Assembly (NCBI GenBank): GCA_965223325.1
Contig: CBDCWI010000001.1
Span: 64,001-128,000, forward strand
Direction of reading: 5' to 3'
DNA length: 64,000 nucleotides
Source of the DNA: Candidatus Multivoradales bacterium
GTDB taxonomy: Bacteria > Acidobacteriota > Thermoanaerobaculia > Multivoradales > Multivoraceae
The first letter of the stretch is position 1. Each line of letters opens with the position of its first letter. Below, one piece after another: positions 1-10,129 of the stretch. The notes under the pieces were generated by a model, which saw only the letters and a list, made by a program, of their open reading frames with translations, did not search any database and had not been told where the DNA came from. Made by a program: the position numbers and the translations under genes.

Positions 1-1330
1 GCTTCTTCACCACATCACGGTCGAGCGACTCCGGAGCGCATTTGACGTGTTGCACCGAGACGCAGCGGCAGGAGTGGACGGAGTGTCATGGAGCGAGTAC
101 GCAGAATCTTTGCTGAGCAATCTCGAGGACCTGCACTCTCGTGTCCACCGTGGGAGCTACCGGGCGAGTGCGACTCGTCGCGTCTACATCGAGAAATCGG
201 ATGGGCGGTTCCGACCGCTTGGCATCGCCACGTTGGAGGACAAGATCCTTCAGCGCGCCGTCGTCTCGGTGTTGGATGCGATCTACGAGGAAGACTTTCT
301 CGGGTACTCATACGGATTCAGGCGAGGCCGCAGCCAGCACGATGCTTTGGATGCGCTATTCGTTGGAATCACAAAGCGGAAGGTGAACTGGGTGCTCGAC
401 GCAGACATTCGTGGGTTCTTCGATGCCCTGGACCACGAGTGGCTGGTGAAGTTTCTCGAGCACCGTATCGGAGACCGTAGGATCCTTCGCCTCATCCAGA
501 AATGGCTGAGGTCCGGAGTGATGGAAGACGGTAAGTGGCACGCGAGCACGCGGGGGACTCCTCAGGGGGCGACGATTTCGCCTCTCCTCGGGAACGTGTA
601 CCTGCACTACGTGCTCGATCTCTGGGTCCAGCAGTGGAGGAAACGCAACGCGCTTGGGGACATGATCTTCGTGCGCTACGCGGATGACTTCATCGTTGGA
701 TTTGAGAGGCAGGAGGAGGCAGAACGATTCCTCGAGGAACTGAACCTGCGACTCCGTGACTTCTCGTTGGAGATCCAACCCGAGAAGACGCGCCTGCTGG
801 AGTTTGGCCGCTTTGCGGCCTACAACCGACGCGCGCGAGGTCTCGGGCGGCCGGAGACCTTCGAGTTTCTAGGCTTTACGCACTGCTGTGCGCAGTCTAG
901 TCGAGGGAGGTTCTTGCTGAAGCGCATCACGAGCCGCCACCGAATCCGCAGGACACTGAAGGCTGTCGGTACGGCCCTTCTGGGACACCGACACTCGCCG
1001 CTACCAGAGCAAGGTCTCTGGCTGGGATCCGTGGTGCGAGGCTTCAATGCCTACTACGGCGTACCCGGCAACTCAGCGGCGTTGAACGCCTTTCGACAGG
1101 AGGTCATTCGGCACTGGATGCGCGCTCTGCGCCGACGCAGTGACAAAGACCGCACGTCCTGGAAACGGATGTGGGCCCTGGTGGCCCACTACCTACCCAA
1201 AGCCCGAGTCCAACATCCCTGGCCTGATGAGCGACTTGTCGTCAATACCTGAGGCAGGAGCCCAGTGCATTAGCAGTGCACGCTGGGATCTGTGCGGGGG
1301 GCGCCGGGCAACCGGCGCTCCTACCGCGAT
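1..1330 (+). mobile_element. Group II intron, 3' portion: IEP, domain V, domain VI, 3' splice site near 1330
   Basis: Domain V GAGCCCAGTGCATTAGCAGTGCACGCTGGGATC (1258-1290) has the AGC triad. Domain VI hairpin GCGGGGGGCGCCGGGCAACCGGCGCTCCTACCGC has a bulged A near 1323 and ends ...CGAT (AY terminus). The style resembles bacterial class E (inference). Confidence 0.9.
2..1252 (+). CDS. ltrA: Group II intron reverse transcriptase/maturase, 5'-truncated by the window edge, no endonuclease domain
   Basis: Frame is open from position 2 (LLHHITVERLRSAF). RT motifs RPLGIATLEDK, YGFR, DADIRGFFD, GTPQGATISPLLGN and YADD are present, followed by an X/thumb domain ending HPWP. No HNH domain follows. Confidence 0.95.
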   Translation, partial: LLHHITVERLRSAFDVLHRDAAAGVDGVSWSEYAESLLSNLEDLHSRVHRGSYRASATRRVYIEKSDGRFRPLGIATLEDKILQRAVVSVLDAIYEEDFLGYSYGFRRGRSQHDALDALFVGITKRKVNWVLDADIRGFFDALDHEWLVKFLEHRIGDRRILRLIQKWLRSGVMEDGKWHASTRGTPQGATISPLLGNVYLHYVLDLWVQQWRKRNALGDMIFVRYADDFIVGFERQEEAERFLEELNLRLRDFSLEIQPEKTRLLEFGRFAAYNRRARGLGRPETFEFLGFTHCCAQSSRGRFLLKRITSRHRIRRTLKAVGTALLGHRHSPLPEQGLWLGSVVRGFNAYYGVPGNSAALNAFRQEVIRHWMRALRRRSDKDRTSWKRMWALVAHYLPKARVQHPWPDERLVVNT

Positions 1331-1347
1331 CGCCGCAAGGGTGACGG

Positions 1348-1458
1348 TAGTTTGAGGTGTGGTAACCACCCGCCGACACCACCAGATCGCACCACAGCCG
1401 CAAACCGACCCACGAAGCGGCCCGCACTACAACAACGATAAGACCACGCCTCAAACTA
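1348..1458. repeat. 111-bp segment bounded by 16-bp inverted repeats (MITE-like or IS end)
   Basis: TAGTTTGAGGTGTGGT (1348-1363) and ACCACGCCTCAAACTA (1443-1458) are complementary at 15 of 16 positions. Confidence 0.65.
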
Positions 1459-4014
1459 GAAACTGGTCCCAATGCTGAAATCGAAACTCTCGAAGCGCTC
1501 ACGCTCGTTGAAGCCGATATCGCCAATCGGATCGAGATTCTGCGAGTAGATGAAGCGCAGCGGCGCACCGAAGAGCGGCACATTGATGCGCAGCTCGACA
1601 CCGGCTGTGGCCCGCACGTTGTCGACGTCGAAGTCCTGATCCTCGCCGTAGACATTGCCGGCGTCACCAAACAGCACGATGCGAAACGGCCCGCTCACCA
1701 GGAAGTGATGCTCGAGGTTGAGGTGGAAGAACTTGTTGCCGCCCTGGGGGAAGCCGTTCTCGTCGAGGATCGTACGCTTGGTTTCCGGGTCGCGGACCCA
1801 GATCGAACGGAACGCATAGCCACGTAGCGAGTTCTCACCGCCCAGGAAGTATCGGTTGAGGAAGAAGAGCTCCCGATTGAGGCCCTCGTCGTCGGTGCCG
1901 AACGGCTCGATGTAGCCGATGTTCAGGTTCACGCGGCCGACCGTGCGCAGACCACGGCGCATGAGGGGTCGGGTGTACGCCAGGTTGAGGGTCGGGCGAA
2001 TGAAGTAGTCCTCTCCACCCAGGGCACCGCCGGCGTACTCAACCCCACCGCGAATGCGCAGGCCGCGAGTGGGCTCGAGCCGACTGTCGTGACTGTCGTG
2101 GACGAAGCTCAGTGAAAGCGAAGACTTGTTGAAGACGAAGCTCTGCTCCTGCACCACCGGCTCGATCACACCGTCCCCGACGGGCAGGTTGAAGGTCTGA
2201 GATCGGAAGTCCTCAAAATCCGAATTGGTGTACGAGACGCTGAAACTGTTGAAGAGACCGAATGAGCGGCCGTAGGTCAGCACGACGCCCTCTTCGTTGC
2301 GCAGGAAGCGCTGGTCGGCGAAGAGATCGAAGTCGGTGTTGCGCTTGAAGATCTGGATGCCGACGCTTTGCGGTCGATCGTTGAGCCACGGAACGAAGTA
2401 GGAAAGGTCGAAGAGCTCGCGAAAACGCCCGGTCTGGAACGAAAAGCCGAGGGTCTCACCACGGCCCAGGAAGTTCCGCGTTCTGAGCGACGCCTGGGCG
2501 AAGAACCCGTCGAGCTCGCTATAGCCACCACCGAACTGAAGCTCGGTGCGCTCGGCCTCTTGCCCCTTGACGATCAGGTCGACCTGCTTCTCGTCTGGGT
2601 CGTAGTCGAGCTCGACCGGGTCGTCCTCGTTGAGCTTGAAGTACTCGAGCTGGTTGATCTTGAACAAGCTGTTGCGCAGGGCGCCGGAGTTGAAAACCAT
2701 GCCCTCGTGAATCCGCAGCTCGCGACGCAAGACCCGGTCCTGCGTGCGCGTGTTGCCGTCGAACTCGATGCGTCCTACGCGGTACTGGTCGTTCTCCTCG
2801 ATGCGCACCATGACGTCGGCGACCAGGTTCTCGCCTTCGGCCTCACGGACCTCGGGCTCGACGCGGGCGAAGATGTACCCGGTGTTGTTGTAGAACTCGC
2901 GGATCTTCTCCACCCCGTCGTCGATCACGTCCTGGCGCAACCAGCCACCTTTGGGCTCCTTGAACACGTTGCGCAGGATGTCGTCGTTGAGGACTTCGTT
3001 GCCGTCGATGAGGATGTCGCCCCAGCGCCAGCGCTGCCCCTCATCAATCGGCAGAACCAGAGCGAGCTGGCGCTTCCGCTTCTCGAGGTCGCTGGCGTTG
3101 GGTCGTTTGGCCACCACCTCGACTTCGGGCTCACCGATCTGGATGTCTTTGTAGCCGTACTCTTTGTAGAGCGCTCGAATCGCTTCGAGGTCCTCTTCGA
3201 CGGTCGCCGGGTTGTAGACGTCGCGCTTGCGAATGCGACTGATGAGACCGGACTCTTTGGTCTTTTTCATGCGCCGGCGAAGGCGACCGTTGTCGAAGAC
3301 GTCGTTACCCTCGAACGAGATCCGCCCGATCTTGACCTTGTTGCCTTCGTCGATCGTGACCACGACCCGTACCTCGCTGGCCGAGACGTCCTGCTCATCG
3401 ACGTCGACGACGGCAAAGCGATAGCCGCGCTCGGCGTAGAGGTCTTCGATCTCGCTCTTCATGCGCGCGAGGTCGCCGCGGTTGAGCGGCAGACCTTCGT
3501 AGAGCTCGATGCGCTCTTTGTCGAGGTGGTCACCGATGTCGTTGCGACTCACCTTCTTCGAACCCTGGTAGTCGAGCGAAACGAGTAGCGGGCGCTCGAC
3601 CAACGTCACGGTGACGGCGACTCCATCGCCAGCCGGTTTCGCGGTGATGGTGATGTCATCGATGAGCTCGCGGCGCCACAGCTCGCGAATCTTGCTGTTG
3701 ATGGCCGCCGGGTCCCAGGGCTTGCCGACCTCGAGGTCGAGGTAGAAGGAGACCGACTCTTCGGCGAGCGTCTGCAGGCCCTTGTACTCGACCGAAGCGA
3801 TCGGGCGACCCACCAGATTGGCCTGGGCTGCCAGCGGCTGAGCCTCGAGTACGACGGTCGGGAAGGCGAGCACCGCAAAGGAGGCGACCAGTGCCCAGAG
3901 GATCATCAGTGCCGGACGACCCAGATTGCCGATCGGCAGAAGGGCTATCGGCACAGCCGAATTCGGCAGAGAGCGCCGGCTCGCAGCGGCCATTGTTCGA
4001 ACCTGTCGCATCAT
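1456..4014 (-). CDS. bamA: Outer membrane protein assembly factor BamA
   Basis: Signal peptide, POTRA repeats (GRIEFDGNTRTQDRVLRRE), barrel motifs NFLGRG and LGGENSLRGY, and C-terminal F. Start placed at ATG 4014 behind GGAG; the ORF-track extension to 4776 overlaps clpC. Confidence 0.95.
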   Translation of the reverse strand: MMRQVRTMAAASRRSLPNSAVPIALLPIGNLGRPALMILWALVASFAVLAFPTVVLEAQPLAAQANLVGRPIASVEYKGLQTLAEESVSFYLDLEVGKPWDPAAINSKIRELWRRELIDDITITAKPAGDGVAVTVTLVERPLLVSLDYQGSKKVSRNDIGDHLDKERIELYEGLPLNRGDLARMKSEIEDLYAERGYRFAVVDVDEQDVSASEVRVVVTIDEGNKVKIGRISFEGNDVFDNGRLRRRMKKTKESGLISRIRKRDVYNPATVEEDLEAIRALYKEYGYKDIQIGEPEVEVVAKRPNASDLEKRKRQLALVLPIDEGQRWRWGDILIDGNEVLNDDILRNVFKEPKGGWLRQDVIDDGVEKIREFYNNTGYIFARVEPEVREAEGENLVADVMVRIEENDQYRVGRIEFDGNTRTQDRVLRRELRIHEGMVFNSGALRNSLFKINQLEYFKLNEDDPVELDYDPDEKQVDLIVKGQEAERTELQFGGGYSELDGFFAQASLRTRNFLGRGETLGFSFQTGRFRELFDLSYFVPWLNDRPQSVGIQIFKRNTDFDLFADQRFLRNEEGVVLTYGRSFGLFNSFSVSYTNSDFEDFRSQTFNLPVGDGVIEPVVQEQSFVFNKSSLSLSFVHDSHDSRLEPTRGLRIRGGVEYAGGALGGEDYFIRPTLNLAYTRPLMRRGLRTVGRVNLNIGYIEPFGTDDEGLNRELFFLNRYFLGGENSLRGYAFRSIWVRDPETKRTILDENGFPQGGNKFFHLNLEHHFLVSGPFRIVLFGDAGNVYGEDQDFDVDNVRATAGVELRINVPLFGAPLRFIYSQNLDPIGDIGFNERERFESFDFSIGTSF

Positions 4015-4051
4015 CGTGTCTCCGCTAAGTCTTGGATCCTGGGCACTTCGG

Positions 4052-4116
4052 GGATCTGCGCGCCGGTTCTGCGCGTCGGTTCTGGGCGTCGGTTCTGGGC
4101 GTCGGTTCTGGGCGTC
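4052..4116. repeat. 13-bp tandem repeat, 5 units, in the clpC-bamA spacer
   Basis: GGATCTGCGCGCC, then GGTTCTGCGCGTC, then GGTTCTGGGCGTC three times. Confidence 0.85.
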
Positions 4117-4253
4117 GGGCCGGTCGGCCTTTTCTCCGCAGCGACTGCATACACGACCACCGCCCGGCAACACGGCACAAAGCCCGGGCCCAGCGATGAA
4201 CTGCGGGGCGCCGTCGCCGCCACCCGGTGGCCGGAACGGAAAAGGTAAGAGAC

Positions 4254-6677
4254 CTACTCGGTGAGCGCGACCGTCTCGGCTGCCCATTCGAGAGACAACT
4301 CGCCTCCCTCTACGGTCACCTCGATCGACCCCGCCACGTCTGCTGGTCTGTGGATCAGGATATCGGAGATGGCGTCTTGGATGTGGCGTTGAATGGTTCT
4401 CCGCAGGGGTCGGGCGCCGGTCGAAGGGTCGATGCCGGCGCGATCGAGCAGCCACTCGCGGACTTCGTCGTCGATCGACACCTGCAGTTCCTTCTCGATG
4501 AGCGTCAAGTTGACGTCGTCGATCAGAAGGTCGACGATCTTGCGCAGTTCCTCGCGCCCCAGCGGGTTGAAGACGATCACGTCGTCGATGCGGTTGATGA
4601 ACTCCGGGCTGAAGGACTTCTTGAGCTGGCCGAGGATCTCCTCCTCGATGCCTCGGAAGCTCGCCTCGGCGGAATCGTCGCCGAAGCCCATACGGCCGCC
4701 GCGGAGCACGATCGTGCTGCCCAGGTTCGAAGTCATCAAGAGCAGGGTGTTGCGAAAGTCGACCCGGTTGCCCCATGAGTCCGTCAGCATCCCATCTTCG
4801 AGAATCTGCAGGAGTAGATTCGCGACGTCGTGATGTGCCTTCTCGATTTCGTCGAAAAGTACCAATGAATACGGCTGGCGCCGCACCCGCTCGGTGAGCT
4901 GCCCGCCCTCCTCGTGACCGACGTAGCCCGGAGGCGACCCGATCAGTTTGGAGATCGCGTGCTTCTCCATGTACTCACTCATATCGAAACGCACGAGAGC
5001 GTCCTGGGTTCCGAACAGGAACTCGGCGAGACGACGCGCGACCTCCGTTTTGCCGACACCGCTGGGGCCGAGGAAGATGAAGGATCCGGCGGGGCGCGCC
5101 GGGTCGGCGACGCCGAGGCGCGAGCGGCGGATGGCGCGACTGATGGCAGCGATCGCGCGCTCCTGACCAACCACCCGTTGGCGCAAGGTGTCTTCCATGC
5201 CCATCAAGCGCTTGGCCTCGTCGCCGTGAAGGGTGGCGATCGGGATTCCAGTCCAGGAGGCGACGACGTCCTCGATGTCGCGAACTCCGACATCGAGCCG
5301 ATCTTCGCCCTCGAACGCAACGCTCATGCGCTCGAGGTCCTCGCGCAGCTCGATCTCGCGTTCTCGCAGGTAGACCGCGCGCTCGAAGTCTTTATCTGAG
5401 ATCGCCGACTTCATGTCTTTGACGACCTGGCGGATCTCCTGCTCGAGCCGGCGCAGGTTCTGGGTGTCGCGCACCCGCCGCAGCTTGACCTTGGCACCGG
5501 CCTCGTCGATCACGTCGATGGCTTTGTCCGGCTGGTAACGGTCGGTGATGTAGCGGCTCGACTGGTAGATCGCCGCACGCAGCGCTTCGGGGCTGTACTG
5601 AACACGGTGGAATGACTCGTAGCGTTCCTTCAGCCCTTCGAGGATCTCGAGCGTCTCTTCATTCGACGGTGGATCGACCTGAATCGCCTGGAAGCGACGC
5701 AGGAGTGATCGGTCTTTCTCGATGTACTTGCGGTATTCCTTGAGGGTGGTGGCACCAATGCACGAAATCTCGCCGCGCGAAAGGGTCGGCTTCAGGATGT
5801 TTGCGGCATCAAGCGACCCCTCGGCCGAGCCGGCACCGATCAGCGAGTGAATCTCGTCGATGAAGACGATCAGCTCGCGGCTTTCTTTGAGTTCCTTGAG
5901 GATTCCCTTGAGGCGTTCCTCGAACTGGCCCCGGTACTTGGTACCCGCGACCACTAACGAGAGATCGAGCGCAATGACGCGTTTTTGGGACAGGAAGATC
6001 GGTACCCGCCCCTCAGCGATGCGTTGCGCTAGTCCCTCGACGATAGCGGTCTTGCCGACGCCCGGCTCACCAAGCAGAATCGGATTGTTCTTGGTGCGCC
6101 GCGAGAGAATCTGTGTAATGCGCTCGACCTCGGCTTCGCGGCCGATCAGCGGGTCGAAGACACCCTGGCCGGCGAGCGTCGTGAGGTCGCGACCGAATTC
6201 GGTGAGGAACGGGAGCTCCTTCTTCTGCTGGGAAGCTTCGCGTTCCTTGGCAATCGAGAGGACTTCCTCGCGCACCGTATAAACGTCGAAGCCGTACTGA
6301 GCCAGGATACGCATCGCCAGCGCTCCTTCGACCCGCAGAATGCCAATGAGCAGGTGTTCGGAACCTACCGAGGAGTGCAGCATGCTCTCGGCCTCGTGCG
6401 AGGCGTAGGCGAGGATCTTCTTCGACTCTTCCGAGAGCGGCAGCTCAGCAGTCGACGAAATCCGCTCGACGAACACCCGCTCGCCTTCGATCTCTCGGCG
6501 CACTTCGTCTGGCTTGACGTGAAAGTGCCGAAACAAGTCGGTTACTGTTTCTTCGCCTTCACGCAGAATGCCTAGCAGAACATGTTCCGACTCAATGACC
6601 CGACTGCCGAGTTTCGACGCCTCGTAGCGCGCGAAGAAGAGCGCCCGCCGTGCCTTTTCGTTGTATTTCTCGAACAT
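4254..6677 (-). CDS. clpC: ATP-dependent Clp protease ATP-binding subunit ClpC
   Basis: Two Clp_N repeats, Walker A GEPGVGKT and [15 protein letters not shown]-like coiled coil, GSPPGYVG and GARPLRR. Confidence 0.95.
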   Translation of the reverse strand: MFEKYNEKARRALFFARYEASKLGSRVIESEHVLLGILREGEETVTDLFRHFHVKPDEVRREIEGERVFVERISSTAELPLSEESKKILAYASHEAESMLHSSVGSEHLLIGILRVEGALAMRILAQYGFDVYTVREEVLSIAKEREASQQKKELPFLTEFGRDLTTLAGQGVFDPLIGREAEVERITQILSRRTKNNPILLGEPGVGKTAIVEGLAQRIAEGRVPIFLSQKRVIALDLSLVVAGTKYRGQFEERLKGILKELKESRELIVFIDEIHSLIGAGSAEGSLDAANILKPTLSRGEISCIGATTLKEYRKYIEKDRSLLRRFQAIQVDPPSNEETLEILEGLKERYESFHRVQYSPEALRAAIYQSSRYITDRYQPDKAIDVIDEAGAKVKLRRVRDTQNLRRLEQEIRQVVKDMKSAISDKDFERAVYLREREIELREDLERMSVAFEGEDRLDVGVRDIEDVVASWTGIPIATLHGDEAKRLMGMEDTLRQRVVGQERAIAAISRAIRRSRLGVADPARPAGSFIFLGPSGVGKTEVARRLAEFLFGTQDALVRFDMSEYMEKHAISKLIGSPPGYVGHEEGGQLTERVRRQPYSLVLFDEIEKAHHDVANLLLQILEDGMLTDSWGNRVDFRNTLLLMTSNLGSTIVLRGGRMGFGDDSAEASFRGIEEEILGQLKKSFSPEFINRIDDVIVFNPLGREELRKIVDLLIDDVNLTLIEKELQVSIDDEVREWLLDRAGIDPSTGARPLRRTIQRHIQDAISDILIHRPADVAGSIEVTVEGGELSLEWAAETVALTE

Positions 6678-6770
6678 TTGTCGTCGTCACCCTTGTTCCA
6701 CGGCAAGCGGAGAACGGTCGTTTGCCCGAACCCTCTGCCGCTCCGGTCGCTCAGTCGCCACCTGCCCGGG

Positions 6771-7484
6771 TCACATCTCGAGAGCTGCAGAACCCTTGTT
6801 TTGTGGGCTCCAACGCTCGATCTGGCCCGCCCTGAGAGCGCGGATTTTAGCACAGCGGTTGGCAACGGCCGGGTTGTGTGTCACCAGAACCAGGGTCACG
6901 GCGAGGCGCTCGCGGAGCTCGAAGAGCAGGTCGAGCACGACTTCGCCGCTCTCCTTGTCCAGGTTGCCAGTCGGTTCGTCGGCGAGCAAGAGCGGCGGCT
7001 CGAGAAGCAGGGCGCGGCACAGCGCCACCCGTTGGCGTTCGCCGCCGGAGAGCTGATTCGGGAAGTGATCGAGGCGATCGCTGAGACCGACCTGAGAGAG
7101 GAGATCGCGGGAGCGCTCGGCAAGCGCCTCGAGATCACCGCCGCGGATCCGCCCCGGCATGAGAGTGTTCTCGAACGCCGTAAAGTCGGGCAGTAGCTGA
7201 TGAAACTGAAAAACGAAGCCGATCGTCTGGTTGCGGAAGTCGGCCAGCTCGCGGGTCGACAGCGGACCGAGATCGCGACCGGCGACCGAAACCTCGCCGG
7301 TGTCGGGGCGTTCCAGACCACCCAGAATGTGAAGCAACGTCGACTTGCCGGAACCCGACGGGCCAACGATCGCCAGCGCCTCACCGGCCGCGACGTCGAG
7401 GTCAATGCCCTCGAGAACCACCGTCGTGCGCTCGCCGTCACGAAACGACTTGCGCACTCCCCGCGCGCGAACGCTGGCACTCAT
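6771..7484 (-). CDS. lolD: LolD-family ABC transporter ATP-binding protein
   Basis: GPSGSGKST, GFVFQFHQLL, LSGGERQRV and ADEPTGNLD. The ATG at 7484 overlaps the permease stop (ATGA). Confidence 0.88.
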   Translation of the reverse strand: MSASVRARGVRKSFRDGERTTVVLEGIDLDVAAGEALAIVGPSGSGKSTLLHILGGLERPDTGEVSVAGRDLGPLSTRELADFRNQTIGFVFQFHQLLPDFTAFENTLMPGRIRGGDLEALAERSRDLLSQVGLSDRLDHFPNQLSGGERQRVALCRALLLEPPLLLADEPTGNLDKESGEVVLDLLFELRERLAVTLVLVTHNPAVANRCAKIRALRAGQIERWSPQNKGSAALEM

Positions 7485-8710
7485 GAGCGAATCGCTTCGA
7501 TCGGAGCCACTTGCGACGCGCGTCGTCCCACCCACACCGACGCCAACCCCGAGAGAACGAGAGTGACCACCATGACGATCAAGACGTCGACAGGCCGCAC
7601 AAGGAGCGGAAGCCGTTCGACGATGAAGACACCTGGCGGCAGGGAGATCACTTCGAAGCGATCGAGCAGATAGGAAATCGACGTTCCGAGCAGCGCGCCG
7701 CCAACCGTCCCGATCGCCGCCACCATCAGGCCAAGCCCGAGAAAGGTCGCACGGATGCTGGCCGGTCGGGCGCCCATCGCAGAGAGCGCACCGACCTCGC
7801 CACGTTTGCTCGCCAGAATGAGCGCCAGGGCCGCAACCAGGCCGAGCGAGGCGACCACCACAATCAGAAACACGGCGGTGAAAACCAACGTCTTCTCCAT
7901 GCGCAGAATGAACGACAGGCCGCTCTCGAGGTCTCGCCAGGTCATCACGCGGGCGACCAGGTCGTTTCCACCGGACTCGCGCAGCTCTTTCGCGAGCTCG
8001 AAAGGATCGGTTCCCGGCGCCACCTCGACATCGACACGCAACTCGCCGCCGGAGAGGAGCGATGCACCCAGCGATAGCGGCAGGCCGACACGCTCGACCT
8101 CTCCCTCGGCGCGCCCTTCCTGCCAGGTTCCGACAACCGTCAACTGACGATGGGTCGGGATGGCACGGCCAAGGGGGGTGAGGGTCGGTTTGGGGGTCAC
8201 CAGACGAAGCCGGCTGCCGACCGGCAGCGCCCAGGCACGCGCACGGCGTGTCCCGATCCAGACTCCCTCCTGGGGGTCCGGTGCTGGGGTCGTGCGGCCC
8301 GCTCGCTGCGGCGTGGAGGCCTCAGGAAACCAGCGCGGACGGTGCTCGGCCCAGGCGACCAGCTGGACGGGCAGATGCCCCGACCCGTCGACCAGCCAAC
8401 CGTGCCCGTAGCGCAAGACCTGGGCGTTCGCCACCCCGGGCCGCCCCCCGAGCCAGGCGGCGACCTTCGCCGGGTCGGCATCGGCTTGCGGCTCGACCTG
8501 GAGGGTGGGCGTGCGCGCCAACATGTCAGCCAGCAGACTGGCCTGGAAACCAGACAAAACTGCCATTGCGATCACCAGGGCGGCGACGCCGAGCGTCAAG
8601 CCAATGATTGCCATGCGCGACAGGCTGCTGATCATCGCGTCAGAGCGCGTCGACCGCAGGTAGCGCCGGGCAACCGTCGCCCACATCGGCAGGGCTCTCA
8701 ACGCGCGCAC
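7481..8710 (-). CDS. LolC/E-family (FtsX/MacB) lipoprotein-releasing permease
   Basis: ARRYLRS...GVAALVIAMAVLSGFQ N-terminal TM, periplasmic domain, three C-terminal TMs, adjacent to lolD. Start is GTG 8710 or ATG 8686. Confidence 0.85.
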   Translation of the reverse strand: MRALRALPMWATVARRYLRSTRSDAMISSLSRMAIIGLTLGVAALVIAMAVLSGFQASLLADMLARTPTLQVEPQADADPAKVAAWLGGRPGVANAQVLRYGHGWLVDGSGHLPVQLVAWAEHRPRWFPEASTPQRAGRTTPAPDPQEGVWIGTRRARAWALPVGSRLRLVTPKPTLTPLGRAIPTHRQLTVVGTWQEGRAEGEVERVGLPLSLGASLLSGGELRVDVEVAPGTDPFELAKELRESGGNDLVARVMTWRDLESGLSFILRMEKTLVFTAVFLIVVVASLGLVAALALILASKRGEVGALSAMGARPASIRATFLGLGLMVAAIGTVGGALLGTSISYLLDRFEVISLPPGVFIVERLPLLVRPVDVLIVMVVTLVLSGLASVWVGRRASQVAPIEAIRS

Positions 8711-8711
8711 C

Positions 8712-9614
8712 TCACCGCGGCGACAGCTCACTGGCCAGGAGCCCACCGAGCAGCGCCGCCACCTGGCCGGCGGCGCGCTTGCCGACCTCGAGGACGTCGG
8801 CATGCGCGAGGACCTCCGGGACCACACCGGCCGCGTGATTGGTGGCCAGAGAAACGCCGAGTACCGACATGCCGCGGTGGCGTGCTGCGATCGCTTCGAG
8901 CACCGTCGACATACCAACCAGGTCGGCCCCCATGGCGCGAAGCATGCGAATCTCGGCCGGGGTCTCATAGCTCGGCCCGAGGAGCCCGGCGTAGACCCCA
9001 TCGTGGAGCTCGACGCCGATCTCGGAGGCAACCTGGCGGGCGCGCGCACGAAGCGATTCGGGATACGTGCTCCCCATATCGGGGAACCGGGGTCCCCAGT
9101 GCGCGGGCGGTGACCCTGCGAGCGGATTGCGCCCGGTCAGGTTGAGGTGATCGCGCAGCAAGAAAAGGTCACCCGGCGAGGCGTCAGGGTCGATACAGCC
9201 CGAAGCGTTGGAGAGAATCAAGGTCCGCGCACCGAGTTCGGCCGCCAGGCGTACTGGAAAGACCACCTGCGGGGCACTGAACCCCTGGTAGGCGTGCAGG
9301 CGGCCGCGGTAGTAGAGGGTCACCGGTCCGTCGTCGACCTTGAGGAGCTCAGCGCTCAGCCGATGCCCCTCGATCGCCTCGGCTTTGAATGGCAAGAGAT
9401 CGGCAAATGGAATCGGGTCTGCCAGAGGGCGACCGAGCGCCACCGAAAGCCCCGAGCCCGCCACCACCGCCACCTGAGGCTCGGGAAGCCCGTCGGCCCG
9501 CCAGCGGTCTGCGACCACGCGAAGCGCGTCGCCGTAGTGTTCGGGGAACTGACCTTCGGGGACCTCGGGCTGCTCGAGGCCCGCGCCCAGAGTCGCACTG
9601 GTTTCTCTGTTCAT
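8712..9614 (-). CDS. punA: Purine-nucleoside phosphorylase (trimeric type)
   Basis: GSGL, GRLHAYQG, DHLNLTGRNPL, GPSYETPAE and GADLVGMSTVLE. Confidence 0.93.
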   Translation of the reverse strand: MNRETSATLGAGLEQPEVPEGQFPEHYGDALRVVADRWRADGLPEPQVAVVAGSGLSVALGRPLADPIPFADLLPFKAEAIEGHRLSAELLKVDDGPVTLYYRGRLHAYQGFSAPQVVFPVRLAAELGARTLILSNASGCIDPDASPGDLFLLRDHLNLTGRNPLAGSPPAHWGPRFPDMGSTYPESLRARARQVASEIGVELHDGVYAGLLGPSYETPAEIRMLRAMGADLVGMSTVLEAIAARHRGMSVLGVSLATNHAAGVVPEVLAHADVLEVGKRAAGQVAALLGGLLASELSPR

Positions 9615-9681
9615 GCGCAGACTCTACAGATTCGGCCTGGCTCCTGCCGCTTCAGAGCGCCGTCGTAGCCGCCCCGGCACC

Positions 9682-10115
9682 TCGCCAGGCCCCGTTTCCG
9701 CAGCCCCTGGCACCCCGGCAGCACCGCACATCGCCAGGCCCCGTTTCCGCAGTCCCTGGCACCCCGGCAGCACCTCGACGTCGTAGCCGCTGCCGCAAGC
9801 CAGCAGTCGCCACACCCGCGCTGCCGGGACGCTCCCTCAGCCCCCGCACAACGCCGTTTCCGCAGCCCCTGGCACCCGCTTCCGCAGTCCCTGGCACCGC
9901 TGCCGCGATCCAGTCCCTGGCACCCCGGCAGCACCTCGACGTCGTAGCCGCTGCCGCAAGCCAGCAGTCGCCACACCCGCGCTGCCGGGACGCTCCCTCA
10001 GCCCCCGCACAACGCCGTTTCCGCAGCCCCTGGCACCCGCTTCCGCAGTCCCTGGCACCGCTGCCGCGATCCAGAAGTCGCCACCCGCGCTGCGGACCGC
10101 TCCCTCAGCCCCTAG
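9682..10115 (+). repeat. Intergenic mosaic array with 7 head-to-tail REP-like copies, including an exact 161-bp tandem duplication and a repeat with 49-bp period
   Basis: CAG(T/C)CCCTGGCACC at 9701, 9750, 9863, 9885, 9911, 10024 and 10046. Segment 9750-9910 equals 9911-10071, and 9682-9725 recurs at 9731. Confidence 0.92.
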
Positions 10116-10129
10116 CCGAGCGCTGTTTC

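Noticed and set aside
47-1252. Retron, DGR or defence-type reverse transcriptase
   Set aside because: It has an X domain and is directly followed by canonical group II intron domains V and VI.
1348-1458. Integron attC site
   Set aside because: The ends are in the wrong order for RYYYAAC...GTTRRRY, and there is no integrase or cassette array.
2368-3588. Long antisense ORFs opposite bamA, valS, htrA, infB, pnp and others
   Set aside because: These are typical shadow frames in high-GC genes, with no motifs.
4015-4776. N-terminal 254-aa extension of BamA in the ORF track
   Set aside because: It overlaps clpC in another frame and runs through a tandem repeat. A better start with RBS and signal peptide lies at 4014.
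9682-10115. CRISPR array
   Set aside because: Spacing is irregular (22-113 bp), the intervening sequences are themselves duplicated, the repeat is dispersed and intragenic elsewhere, and no cas genes are present.
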